A stretch of DNA of 64,000 bases from Candidatus Krumholzibacteriia bacterium (GTDB taxonomy: Bacteria > Krumholzibacteriota > Krumholzibacteriia > JAJRXK01): contig JBGPIA010000020.1 in the NCBI GenBank assembly GCA_041484665.1, forward strand, positions 1 to 64,000, written 5' to 3'. Made by a program: the position numbers and the translations under genes. The notes under the pieces are model-generated. The model worked only from the letters and a program-made list of their open reading frames with translations. It was not told the origin of the DNA and did not search any database. The stretch's first letter is position 1. The number at the start of each line of letters is the position of its first letter. This document shows, piece after piece, positions 1 to 9,188 of the stretch.

Positions 1-1899
1 AGCGCTTGCTTCCAGCGAGAACGAAAGTGTTGTGCTGGGATTGAACGGGTTCGGGGCGTTGGGCGACAAGTGCACCTTCGAGGCCACCACCGGTACCTCC
101 GGAGCCTCGGTCGGGCAGGTGAGCAGGCCGTCGCGCACCAGATCCCGGAACAGCTCGGGGGCTGCGTTGAACACGCGTCCGTTCTCGAGGGCCGCCCCGT
201 TCACGAACGCGCCGAACACGTAGTCGTCGTGGGTCAACACCGCTTGTCCGCCGCAGTTAGGTAGGCTCACCCAGCCGGCCACGGACACAAAGTCCTGGCA
301 GCTGGGGAAACACAGCGTGTAGCCGCCCGGCTTCCACGCCAGGTGGGTGTTGTTCCAGTAACTGGGGGCTGCGTCCGGGATGCCCAGATTGGCGGCCTCC
401 TGGTAGACGATGTCGTGCAAGCTGATGGTGAACCACCACTGGCTCGCCGGCGGGGTGGTGTCACTCTGCATCAGGCTGTACAGCGTGGTGCGCGTCGCCG
501 GATCGAAGATGCTCCCGTTGGCGATCCGCTCGTAGAGCATCCCGGCATCCTGCAGCGTCAGCTGGTTGGGACGCGCGACGGCCGGGAGAGCGCACCCGAT
601 CGGCGTGTGGTTGATGCGGGTGTTGGTCATCAGCCCGACCGTGGCCGCCGTGTTGTTGATATTCGCAACCCCATAGCGATTGCACAGACCGTAGGTCGCG
701 GCGTTGTCCGAGTACCACATCATATCGCGCATCGTGAGCGCGAGCGACTGTGTCGCGTTGGGGGGACCTGCAATGGGACACGTTCCGTTGTAGTTCACCG
801 AGTACGTGACGTTGTTGTTGAGATTGTCCAGCCCCAGCATCACCTGGCGCATGCCATGGGTGAGTACCGTGATCTTGATGCTGCTGGCCGGCTCGAATAC
901 GAACGCTTGATCGAGCGAGGCCAGCACGGGTCCGCCGACCTGTTTGAGGTACAGCCCACTGGTCCCATCGCTGCCGTACTGGAGGATGTTGGCGATGTGC
1001 GTGGTCAGGGCGTTGGAGTTGTTGACCAGCACGGCGGCGAAGCGCCGGGTGCCGAGGCCGTCGACCCATGTCTCCAGGTCGACGATCCGCGCGCCATCCT
1101 GATTGATGTATGCGCTCAGCTCGGCGGCGGTCACGCCGTAATACCACCACCAGTTGACGGCAGAGGCTCCGGTGTTGGAGATCATCACGGCGTCGTAGGT
1201 TCCGGCAGCCGCGTCGTGCACGCTCAGATCGATGAGCCTGGCAGAGTTCGTATCGAGATAGTACACGAGCGTGGTGGCATCGACGTTGTAGTAGTGCCAC
1301 CAGGCCGAGGCGTCGGCCCCCGTGTTCGAGATCATGATCACGTCGTAGTTGCCGGTGGAGGGAACGCGCTGGATGTCCACCGGGCGGGCGTTGTTGGCGG
1401 CGCACAGGTTGACGATGTTCGCGACGCTCTGGTCGTAGTAGTACCACCAGCTCTTGGCCGCCGTGCCGGTATTGCGCACCATGACGATGACGAATCGATC
1501 CTGCCCCAAGACGGGATCGAAGTAGCGCGTGAGGTCGATCAATCGCCCGTTGTTGGCCGCCAGCAGATTGCTGACGTCGGTCGAGGTGGCGTTGGTGTAC
1601 CACCACCAGGTACGGGCATAGTCGCCCGTGTTGGAAACGAAGGTCACGGCATAGCGGAGCGGATTCGTGCTGGAGACGTCGATGTCGATCACCCGAGCGT
1701 TGTTGGCGGCCGTGAACGTGTTGATGTCGGATTCGCTGACGCCATAGAGCCACCACCAACCCGTGGGTGTGGTGAGGGTCCGCTCCTCGTCGGCGATCGC
1801 CGGACGGGCGCCGATGGCCGCTACCAGCGTGACGCCCACCGTGATGCCTACGATGAAGGTGCGGAGCAGCCGCCAAGTCCGGGGTCGGGCGGTGGGCAT
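1..1899 (-). CDS. Secreted serine hydrolase (class A beta-lactamase/PBP fold) with five N-terminal WW-containing tandem repeats and a C-terminal FlgD-Ig domain; 3' end runs off the window
   Basis: Absent from the ORF track because it has no stop in the window. ATG 1899 follows AGGAG. Manual translation gives a signal peptide, repeats of the form WW(W/Y/H)Y..ARxIDL, SxxK (PASSIK), SDN (YSDNAA), KPG (WKPGG), then NAPNPFNPSTTLSF. Confidence 0.8.
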   Translation of the reverse strand, partial: MPTARPRTWRLLRTFIVGITVGVTLVAAIGARPAIADEERTLTTPTGWWWLYGVSESDINTFTAANNARVIDIDVSSTNPLRYAVTFVSNTGDYARTWWWYTNATSTDVSNLLAANNGRLIDLTRYFDPVLGQDRFVIVMVRNTGTAAKSWWYYYDQSVANIVNLCAANNARPVDIQRVPSTGNYDVIMISNTGADASAWWHYYNVDATTLVYYLDTNSARLIDLSVHDAAAGTYDAVMISNTGASAVNWWWYYGVTAAELSAYINQDGARIVDLETWVDGLGTRRFAAVLVNNSNALTTHIANILQYGSDGTSGLYLKQVGGPVLASLDQAFVFEPASSIKITVLTHGMRQVMLGLDNLNNNVTYSVNYNGTCPIAGPPNATQSLALTMRDMMWYSDNAATYGLCNRYGVANINNTAATVGLMTNTRINHTPIGCALPAVARPNQLTLQDAGMLYERIANGSIFDPATRTTLYSLMQSDTTPPASQWWFTISLHDIVYQEAANLGIPDAAPSYWNNTHLAWKPGGYTLCFPSCQDFVSVAGWVSLPNCGGQAVLTHDDYVFGAFVNGAALENGRVFNAAPELFRDLVRDGLLTCPTEAPEVPVVASKVHLSPNAPNPFNPSTTLSFSLEASA

Positions 1900-2077
1900 G
1901 CGCGTCTCCTTCGCGGGGGGCGGGTCGAGGGGGTTCCGACCAGCCGCCGCATCGTGTGATTCTACCGGACGCAATGAGCGGGCCGGCGTAAAACGCACGG
2001 GCGAAACGCCGGCAACGCCCTCGCCGCCCGCCGTGGCCGGTTCGGCGCCGACGTCCGGTGAATCGCAACCAATTGAA

Positions 2078-2090
2078 AATCAAGAGCTTG
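2078..2090 (+). promoter_or_regulatory. IHF-like binding site
   Basis: AATCAAGAGCTTG matches WATCAANNNNTTR exactly, in an AT-rich patch upstream of the 1899 start. Confidence 0.4.
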
Positions 2091-2210
2091 ATGATGGCGC
2101 GGGGCCTGGGGACTCGGCCGGGGGCGCCCGCCGGGGGGCCAGGAAAGGCCGGGCCGGCGCGAGGACGGCCGCCCCGGACCGGTCGGGCCCGGGGCGGCGT
2201 TACGGGCGCG

Positions 2211-5200
2211 CTATTGCGCCAGGACCATCTTGCGGGTGGCGCTCATGCCCAAGGCCTCGAGCTTCGCCACGTAGACACCGCTGGCGACGCTCGCACCCAG
2301 ATCATCGCGCCCGTCCCACACCGACTCGTGCCGGCCGGCGGGCCGCTCCTCGTTGACGAGCATCCGCACCAGCTCGCCGCGTACGTTGTACACGCCCAGC
2401 CGCACGTGACCCTCGTGCGCCACCTCGAAGGCGATGGTGGTGTGCGGGTTGAACGGGTTGGGGTGGATGGAGGTCAGCCCAGCGGCCACCAACGTCGGAG
2501 GGGCACCGCCCACCACGTCGGTCGCATGCGCGCGGATCTCGATCGTGTACGTTCCGTTCACAGCCAGGCTTGCCGTCACGGCCTTCCACACGGCCAGGCA
2601 GTAGTAGCCCGCTTGGCTCAGGTTGACCGTGAACGTCTCGTCCAGACCGGCGGCCTGCTGCCACGCCACTCCGGCGGGCACGATCGCCGCCTTCACCGAG
2701 TAGGGTACGAGACCGTTGTAGAGGCTGGTCCCCCAGTCCACCGTTGCGGTCCCGCTGTGCAGGACGACCGTCCACTGACCTGGATCGAGAAACAGCTCGT
2801 AGAGATCCACGATCTGGTTTGCGTCGAGCACCTGCGCCAGCTGGAAGCCGATGGGATCGACGCCCAGGAACGTGGAGCTCGCCACGTGCGCTCGGTAGCT
2901 CTCCGTGCCGTCGGTCGCCTCGCGCAGCACGCCGACGTCGAATGCCCGCGGCGCCGTCGCGCGGAAATTCACCAGCACGAAGTCCGATTGGCCCGCCCCC
3001 CAGTCCGAGGTCACGATGCTGGTCTTGAAGCCATCCTTGACTCCGCTGACCACCTCGTGGATGCGCACGTCCACATCGCTGCTCGCGCCCGGCATGACCG
3101 CGATGGCCGACCATTTCCCCGTGTCGCCCACGATGACCGGCGTAGGCATGCGCAGGCCATCGCAGTCGAAGTACGCGGGCAGCCCCAGCGTGACGTCCCC
3201 GAAACCGGCGTCGCGCGCGGGTGGCGCGTTGCGCAGTACCGTGGCTCCCGCGCTGACCGTCAGCGGCGACCAGACCCACTGCTCGCCGTAGACGTTGTTG
3301 GTCTCGGAAATCTCCTCGATGGCGTTCTGGCTCTCCGCGCGCAGCGACAGGGTATGGCGCCCGCCGGCCACGGTGATGGGACCGCTGGTGCCCAGCAGCG
3401 TGATTGTGTTGCCCGCAGTCAGGCCGGCGTCGCTGATGGTCCTGACCTGGACGCCATCCACCCGCATGGCGTGTTGAGCGGGCGGCGAGGAGACCGGTCC
3501 GATGTTCTTCGCGGTGCCGCTCAGGTAGGTACTCGCCACGTTTCCGGCGAGCGCCGTGGGGGCCGGCGTCGAGGCGATCAACGCGTCGGGCGCGGGCCGC
3601 GGCACGATCGGCGCGTACCAGCCAGCGCGCGTGAACGGAATCAGGTCGGGCGGTGTCGGGCCGACCTCGAACACGATACTGGCCGTCGGCGCGACTTTCG
3701 GAACCGGGACATCGATGGGATCGCGCCAGATCAGCGCGCAGTACGTGCCCGCCGTGCTGGCGGTGACGTCCAGTCGCGCCTTGCCGCCGGCATCGGTGGC
3801 GGCTTGGGTCAGCACATCCTCCAGGTCGCCCGTGTTGAACGACGGCGTGAGCCATCCCAGGTGCATCTTCCCCAGACTGGGATCCACCTGGATGCTCACG
3901 CTCACCGGGCCGAGATTCGGCGCGGCAATGTCGATCGCTTGCAGCCGCAAGTACCGATCCTGCCCCAGCACGACGATCAGGGAGTCGCCAAACGTGAACG
4001 GTGAGCTGGTCACTTTGAACAGCGCGCAATCGCTGGCGCCGTTATTGGCGTTGATCACACCCACGTCCCAATTGGCGTTGCCAGCCACCGCCTGATTCAC
4101 CAGCACCGCGTCGATGAGCCCGGCGGCGCGCGATGAGTAGCCCACCGACGTCGAAGTGAACCCGGTGGTCACGCTCGTGGACGGGGAGTGCATGCGGCAG
4201 TCGTAGTCGTCGGCGTCGTCGAGCGCGTGGGTCATCATTGCGGTCCACGGGCTGCTGCTGGCGAAGCGCAGCCCGTCGCAGTTGAAGTACTTGGTGACCG
4301 CAACCGGGATCGAAGGCCACCCGCCATCGGCCTGGGGCGGCGCGCTGCGCGTGACCTGCGCGGTGGTGGAGATGGTCAACGGCGACCAGATCCACTGCTT
4401 CGCCCATCCGTTGTCTGTCTCGATGGTTTCGGGCACGAGCTCGTTGGCGTCGTGGAACGCCTCAAAGGTATGGCGTCCGCCCGTGACGATCATCGGCCCC
4501 AGGTTGACCCCCGAGTAGCCGCTTCCGCCCTGGATGGGCAGGATGGCGGGCGGGCTCACGCGCACCACGCCGTCCACCAGCACGTCCACCGTGAAGCCCA
4601 CCGCTGTGGTCGCCTCGCCGGAATTCACGCCGGCCAGGTTGGCGAACGTCGAATTCGCATTCCCGGTGAGCGCGGTTGGGTCGGGGCAGATCGAGTGCGT
4701 TGCGTCGGCGGCCGGTCTCGGCACCACCGGTTCGCCCCAGCCGGCCGGCTGATTGGCCTGGAGGTTCGCCAGCCCCGCGGCGCGAATCGTGAACGGCCCG
4801 TACGAGGCGCGGCTGCTGCTCCAGTTGCCGGCCCGGTCCAACGCGCGGATGTTGAAGAAGTAGGTCCCGGGCGCCAGCACCGTGTGGGTGTACTGCACGA
4901 CGTTGCCGATGTCTTGCGTCTGGTCGGGCATGGCCGGGGCTCCGGCTGTCACCGAGACGCTGTAGCCCACCACTCCCGAGAAGCTGTCGGTCGCGCGCGT
5001 CCAGGTAAAGGTGGGGGTCGCATCGGGCGAGTCGCCCACCAGCGGATGATCGGGCGACGTCAGTGCGGTCACCGTTCCCGGCCCGGTCGTGTCGAGGTCG
5101 AAGAAGCTGTTGGCCGCGGTGGCCCAGAACGGCACATCTTGGGTGGGAAAGCGGTTGCGAAACGCGGTGATGAACTCCTGCGGCGTGGACGGGAGGTCGA

Positions 5201-6845
5201 GGGTGGTCACCTGGAAGACAGGCGTGGGCCCCAACGCCAGCTCGTCCCCCGCGTTGGGGTTGGGAGCGAGAGTGTCGTGCTCGTTCTCACCGTCGTCGAT
5301 GTCGCGCAACAGCGCGGCCAGGAAGCCCTCCGTGGTGAGCGGATCGTGGAACTCCCCGTCGTCCTGGCAGGTCAGCGCCTCCTCCAAGCTCCACTGGATG
5401 AGGAGCGTGTTTTGCTCGGCGATCCCGTAGCGGAACTCGAACGAGCGGATCATGTGCTCGCCAAACCAGTCCGCCCACCCCTCGGCCCAGGCGACCGCCG
5501 TCGACTCGCTGCAGAAGAGGCAGTGGGTGCAGGCGAACGGCGGGTTGGGGTCGCAGAAGCCGTTGCAGTAGGCGATGTTGTCCTGCGCCCCGAAGTGGTT
5601 GATGAAGTGGTGCCCGTACTCGTGGCTGTGCACGAACGAGTCCCATCCAGCATCCTGATTCATCCCGATGACCTGCGTGACCGGGTTGTACGCGCTGGTG
5701 CCACTGACCGGCCAGTCGATCTCGATCTTGGGGATGTTGAAGCCCTGGTCCTGATTGAACACCCGCCAGGCGCGCGTCTCGTTGGTCTGGATGTGGATCG
5801 CCGGGTTGTCGTCCTCGCTCGTGGGCGTGAGCGTTCCCACATTGAGGTCCGTCCCGGTGAAATCGTTGCTGGTCTTGCTACGGAAGCTGTAGGGCGGCGC
5901 CAGGAACCCGCCGTTCACCTCGACGTTGGCGCTCTTGGTCTCCAGGCGCACGTAGATGTCGGGTTGCGTTTCGCAGATTCCACACGGGTTCCACGTGAAG
6001 GTGACGTCGAAGCTCCCATCGGCAGCGGTGACGCCGGTCCCCAGCTCGCTGTCGAAGATGTCCTGCTCCATCACGTGCGCGGTGAGCCCGTCCGCGCCGA
6101 TGATCACGCCATCCTCTCGCGTATAGACCAGCTTGCCGTGCACGCGGATGTTGCGCGCCGCGCGCTGCGGGCTGGCGCCCGTGCTTGACTTGGGCTGCGG
6201 CGCCGCACCCGCGCCCTCGGTCTGTGCCAGGGACGGCGCGATCGGTGGCGCGGCCGGCGGCTTGGCGTAGCGGTCCGGCGGAAGCCCAAGCCGCTGGATT
6301 GCGACGCCCGCGGGTAGCTCGACCAGTTGGCTGGCCGGCCGGTCCGCCATCGCGGAGCGCGGAGCGAGATCCAGGAGCTGCTCTACGGGCTCGCCGTTCT
6401 GCAGAAAGGTCAGGCGCAGCGGGCGGCGCGCGTCGCGTGGTGTCGCCACGATGCGGATGGTCACGGCAGCCATGGCTTTCAGCTCGGCTTGGGCGGGAGC
6501 CTCCAACGACTCTACGCTCCAGCCGTCACCTTCGAGCGCGAATTTCTCAAGCGTGGCATCGATGCCCGAGATCACTTCGATCGAGCCCTGCCAGCGCTGC
6601 CCGTCTTTGGCGAGCACGAAGCCTCCGGTTGGGCGCACGCCCACCGGTGGCGTTACCGTTGCGCCCGCGGGGGGCGCGAAGAGCATCGCCAGTGTGATCG
6701 CCAGCGCAAGGGCCAGCGTGCAGGCGGCAGCACGTGTGGGCGCGCCCTTGAGCGCGCGCGCGGCGGCGCCAGGATCAGCCGTGCTCCAGCGGTGGTGTCG
6801 TGGATGGGTACGATTCCCGGTGTGGGTTGTAGAAGCTGGCATCAT
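2211..6845 (-). CDS. Large secreted Zn-metalloprotease with Fn3/CARDB-like modules and a C-terminal FlgD-Ig domain (~1544 aa)
   Basis: ATG 6845 follows AGGAG; hydrophobic signal region; HEYGH motif with downstream AWAEGWAD; duplicated CARDB-like module; C-terminal HPNPFNPHTTIAF...ASGVYVAKL. Confidence 0.8.
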   Translation of the reverse strand: MMPASTTHTGNRTHPRHHRWSTADPGAAARALKGAPTRAAACTLALALAITLAMLFAPPAGATVTPPVGVRPTGGFVLAKDGQRWQGSIEVISGIDATLEKFALEGDGWSVESLEAPAQAELKAMAAVTIRIVATPRDARRPLRLTFLQNGEPVEQLLDLAPRSAMADRPASQLVELPAGVAIQRLGLPPDRYAKPPAAPPIAPSLAQTEGAGAAPQPKSSTGASPQRAARNIRVHGKLVYTREDGVIIGADGLTAHVMEQDIFDSELGTGVTAADGSFDVTFTWNPCGICETQPDIYVRLETKSANVEVNGGFLAPPYSFRSKTSNDFTGTDLNVGTLTPTSEDDNPAIHIQTNETRAWRVFNQDQGFNIPKIEIDWPVSGTSAYNPVTQVIGMNQDAGWDSFVHSHEYGHHFINHFGAQDNIAYCNGFCDPNPPFACTHCLFCSESTAVAWAEGWADWFGEHMIRSFEFRYGIAEQNTLLIQWSLEEALTCQDDGEFHDPLTTEGFLAALLRDIDDGENEHDTLAPNPNAGDELALGPTPVFQVTTLDLPSTPQEFITAFRNRFPTQDVPFWATAANSFFDLDTTGPGTVTALTSPDHPLVGDSPDATPTFTWTRATDSFSGVVGYSVSVTAGAPAMPDQTQDIGNVVQYTHTVLAPGTYFFNIRALDRAGNWSSSRASYGPFTIRAAGLANLQANQPAGWGEPVVPRPAADATHSICPDPTALTGNANSTFANLAGVNSGEATTAVGFTVDVLVDGVVRVSPPAILPIQGGSGYSGVNLGPMIVTGGRHTFEAFHDANELVPETIETDNGWAKQWIWSPLTISTTAQVTRSAPPQADGGWPSIPVAVTKYFNCDGLRFASSSPWTAMMTHALDDADDYDCRMHSPSTSVTTGFTSTSVGYSSRAAGLIDAVLVNQAVAGNANWDVGVINANNGASDCALFKVTSSPFTFGDSLIVVLGQDRYLRLQAIDIAAPNLGPVSVSIQVDPSLGKMHLGWLTPSFNTGDLEDVLTQAATDAGGKARLDVTASTAGTYCALIWRDPIDVPVPKVAPTASIVFEVGPTPPDLIPFTRAGWYAPIVPRPAPDALIASTPAPTALAGNVASTYLSGTAKNIGPVSSPPAQHAMRVDGVQVRTISDAGLTAGNTITLLGTSGPITVAGGRHTLSLRAESQNAIEEISETNNVYGEQWVWSPLTVSAGATVLRNAPPARDAGFGDVTLGLPAYFDCDGLRMPTPVIVGDTGKWSAIAVMPGASSDVDVRIHEVVSGVKDGFKTSIVTSDWGAGQSDFVLVNFRATAPRAFDVGVLREATDGTESYRAHVASSTFLGVDPIGFQLAQVLDANQIVDLYELFLDPGQWTVVLHSGTATVDWGTSLYNGLVPYSVKAAIVPAGVAWQQAAGLDETFTVNLSQAGYYCLAVWKAVTASLAVNGTYTIEIRAHATDVVGGAPPTLVAAGLTSIHPNPFNPHTTIAFEVAHEGHVRLGVYNVRGELVRMLVNEERPAGRHESVWDGRDDLGASVASGVYVAKLEALGMSATRKMVLAQ

Positions 6846-6850
6846 GGCCG

Positions 6851-7462
6851 TCACTCCTGCGGCCCGGGTGACTTCTGCTCGGCCGGCGCGGCCGACAGGG
6901 GGGTCGTTGCTGCCGGAGCCGCCACGTTGGAAGCGCCCTCGATCGCGCTCAGGAGCTGGGCGACAACGGCCTCGAGCTCGGTGGCGGTCTGCTCGTAGCC
7001 AGCCTGGCGCGCGTAACGGGCCTGGATGCGCAGGGTCCCGATCTCGGCGTCCTGCTTCACGCGATCGATCTGCTGTTGGATCGCCAGCGCCTCGGCCTCT
7101 GTGGCAGCGCTGGAGAAGCGGGCCTGCAGCTCGGCCAGCGTGGCCCTCTCGGCCGCGAAGGTGGCTGCGATCTCCTGGTTCATGGAAGCGGAAGGGCGCG
7201 GGGTTTGGCTCGAGGCGGAGTTGGTGGCAGATTCCTGGGCCGGATCGCCAACGATCACATCGCCGGTCTGCGGATTCGCAGCGTCGACGCTGCGCGGGGG
7301 GGGCGGTGCAGCGTCGGGCGCCGTAGCGTGCACCGCGGAGCCCGGGGCGGCGCCCGCGGCAATGCCCGCCATCGCACCCGCAGCGAGGGCGCAGCTGACC
7401 AGCAGGCAGAGGCCGTACAGTATCGATCCAACGTAACCGGACCAGCGCGAAGGGCGTGTCAT
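6851..7462 (-). CDS. Secreted/periplasmic helical hypothetical protein
   Basis: ATG 7462 follows GGAGG; signal peptide, Pro/Ala linker and coiled-coil-like C-half; stops 5 nt before the protease start. Confidence 0.6.
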   Translation of the reverse strand: MTRPSRWSGYVGSILYGLCLLVSCALAAGAMAGIAAGAAPGSAVHATAPDAAPPPPRSVDAANPQTGDVIVGDPAQESATNSASSQTPRPSASMNQEIAATFAAERATLAELQARFSSAATEAEALAIQQQIDRVKQDAEIGTLRIQARYARQAGYEQTATELEAVVAQLLSAIEGASNVAAPAATTPLSAAPAEQKSPGPQE

Positions 7463-7902
7463 TACAAGACCTCCAGAAACGGCGACGGGGGTGGGGACGG
7501 TTGAACGGTTGCAGCCCGGGCGCCAGGGTGCCCGTCTCCCACTGGGGGGAGGCGGGCGCAGCGCGTGCGACGGGCACCAAGCGCCTGGCGCGCAGGTGCG
7601 CGCCCTCTCGGTGCCGGACCTGTTTGGCAAGTGGGCGGATCTCTCGCGGAGAGCATTCTCGCGGTCGTCGGCCGCAGGGAGCCCAAGGCGCGAAAGCCGG
7701 CGCCGCAACCCGCGTCTCCTTGGTTGCTTGACGGCGTCGCTTGACGGCGGGTGAGCCCCGCGCGCAGTGTCCTGGCGATTCCAGCGGGCCTCGCGCGCCC
7801 GAGAGCGCGGCCCACCCAGCCCCCCACGAGCCGCCCAGCGCCCCCGCGAGCCAGCGTTCCCGAGCCGACCCTGTCAGCCGGCCGCGCTACGGACGGACCG
7901 CC

Positions 7903-8262
7903 ATGAGCCCTGCCAGCTCCCAGCCCACCTTGTTCACGCGGATCATCAATCGTGAGATCCCGGCGACGTTCGTGCACGAGGACGAGCGCTGTATCGCGAT
8001 CCGAGACATCAACCCGCAGGCGCCGACCCACGTGCTGATCATCCCGCGCAAGCCGCTGGTGGGTGTACAGGAGGCCACCGATGAGGACGCGGCGCTGCTG
8101 GGCCACCTACTGTTGGTGGGGCACCAGCTCGCCGCACGGCTGGGGGTGGCGGCCGCAGGCTATCGGTTGGTGCTCAACGCCGGGGATGATGGAGGGCAGA
8201 CCGTCCCGCACCTCCACGTGCATCTGCTGGGCGGCCGGAGGATGACCTGGCCGCCAGGCTGA
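7903..8262 (+). CDS. hinT: Histidine triad (HIT) nucleotide-binding protein
   Basis: LFTRIINREIPA, DINPQAPTHVLIIP, GQTVPHLHVHLLGGR, ends WPPG. Confidence 0.93.
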   Translation: MSPASSQPTLFTRIINREIPATFVHEDERCIAIRDINPQAPTHVLIIPRKPLVGVQEATDEDAALLGHLLLVGHQLAARLGVAAAGYRLVLNAGDDGGQTVPHLHVHLLGGRRMTWPPG

Positions 8263-8567
8263 CTGCGGCCGCGCCATCCGGCTTGCGCTTCCACCGGCAG
8301 CGCCAGCGCGCCCTCCAAACATCGCATCCTCCAGGCGTAGCGCGTACGGGCCACAAGGCCGCGCCTCCCGCGGTCGCCCCGATCGTCTCCCCCATCGCCG
8401 CTGCCATCGTCCCCTCCGCCCGATTCGGCGGCGCGGGAGATTCTCTCCGCTCGCCAAACAGGTAGAGCGCTAACCAGCTCCGCTGCGGTCGCCACGAAGG
8501 GCGCCCTTTCCCCTTTCGGCATCCCCAGATGAGCCCTGACGCCTTCACCCCCAGGAGGTGGCCTCGA

Positions 8568-9113
8568 ATGAGGATTTCCCCTCTGTGGCTCGCAGCCTCG
8601 GCGGTCGCGCTCAGCGCGTCGCTGGCTGGAGCCGTCACACAGCTATCGCGCGGCGTCATCGGGTCGGGCGCGGGCACGGCCTCGGGGCCGGCTCACGCCA
8701 TCGCGCACACGCTCGGTCAAACGGTGGCCGGCCAGGCGCACTCGGCGACGGCGCTCATCGGGTCTGGCTTCTGGCTCGTTCCGCCCGCCACGAGCACGGG
8801 CGTGGGCGACGGGCCGACTCCGCTGATCCCGGCGGCGTTCAGCCTCCACCAGAACCTGCCCAATCCATTCAATCCCCGCACGTCGATCCAGTTCGACCTG
8901 TCCCAACCCGCTTCGAGGGTGTCCCTGCGCATCTACGACCTGAGCGGCCGGCTGGTGGCCACCCTCGCGCAGGGTGACTTGCCCGCGGGACGGCACAGCG
9001 TCATCTGGGCCGGCGATGACGATCGGGGGCGCTCGGTGGCCTCGGGCATCTACGTCTACGTGCTCGAGACGCCGACCGATCGTGCAACCAGGAAGCTGGC
9101 CATCGTCCGCTGA
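8568..9113 (+). CDS. Small secreted protein consisting mostly of a FlgD-Ig (T9SS-CTD-like) domain
   Basis: AGGAGG RBS; signal peptide; TLGQ..GFW segment; LHQNLPNPFNPRTSIQF..ASGIYVY. Confidence 0.8.
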   Translation: MRISPLWLAASAVALSASLAGAVTQLSRGVIGSGAGTASGPAHAIAHTLGQTVAGQAHSATALIGSGFWLVPPATSTGVGDGPTPLIPAAFSLHQNLPNPFNPRTSIQFDLSQPASRVSLRIYDLSGRLVATLAQGDLPAGRHSVIWAGDDDRGRSVASGIYVYVLETPTDRATRKLAIVR

Positions 9114-9188
9114 CGGCTGCTGGCACGCGAACTCCACGAGGCCCACCGCGGCCTCCCGACGACACACCACGACCCAGGGAGATTTCTC

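Noticed and set aside
343..6188. Long plus-strand ORFs (538, 648 and 666 aa)
   Set aside because: Antisense shadows of the two minus-strand secreted enzymes.
9120..9137. Sigma-54 promoter (TGGCACG)
   Set aside because: The -12 element reads CTCC rather than TTGC; the similar site near 36090 also lacks it and faces away from the gene.
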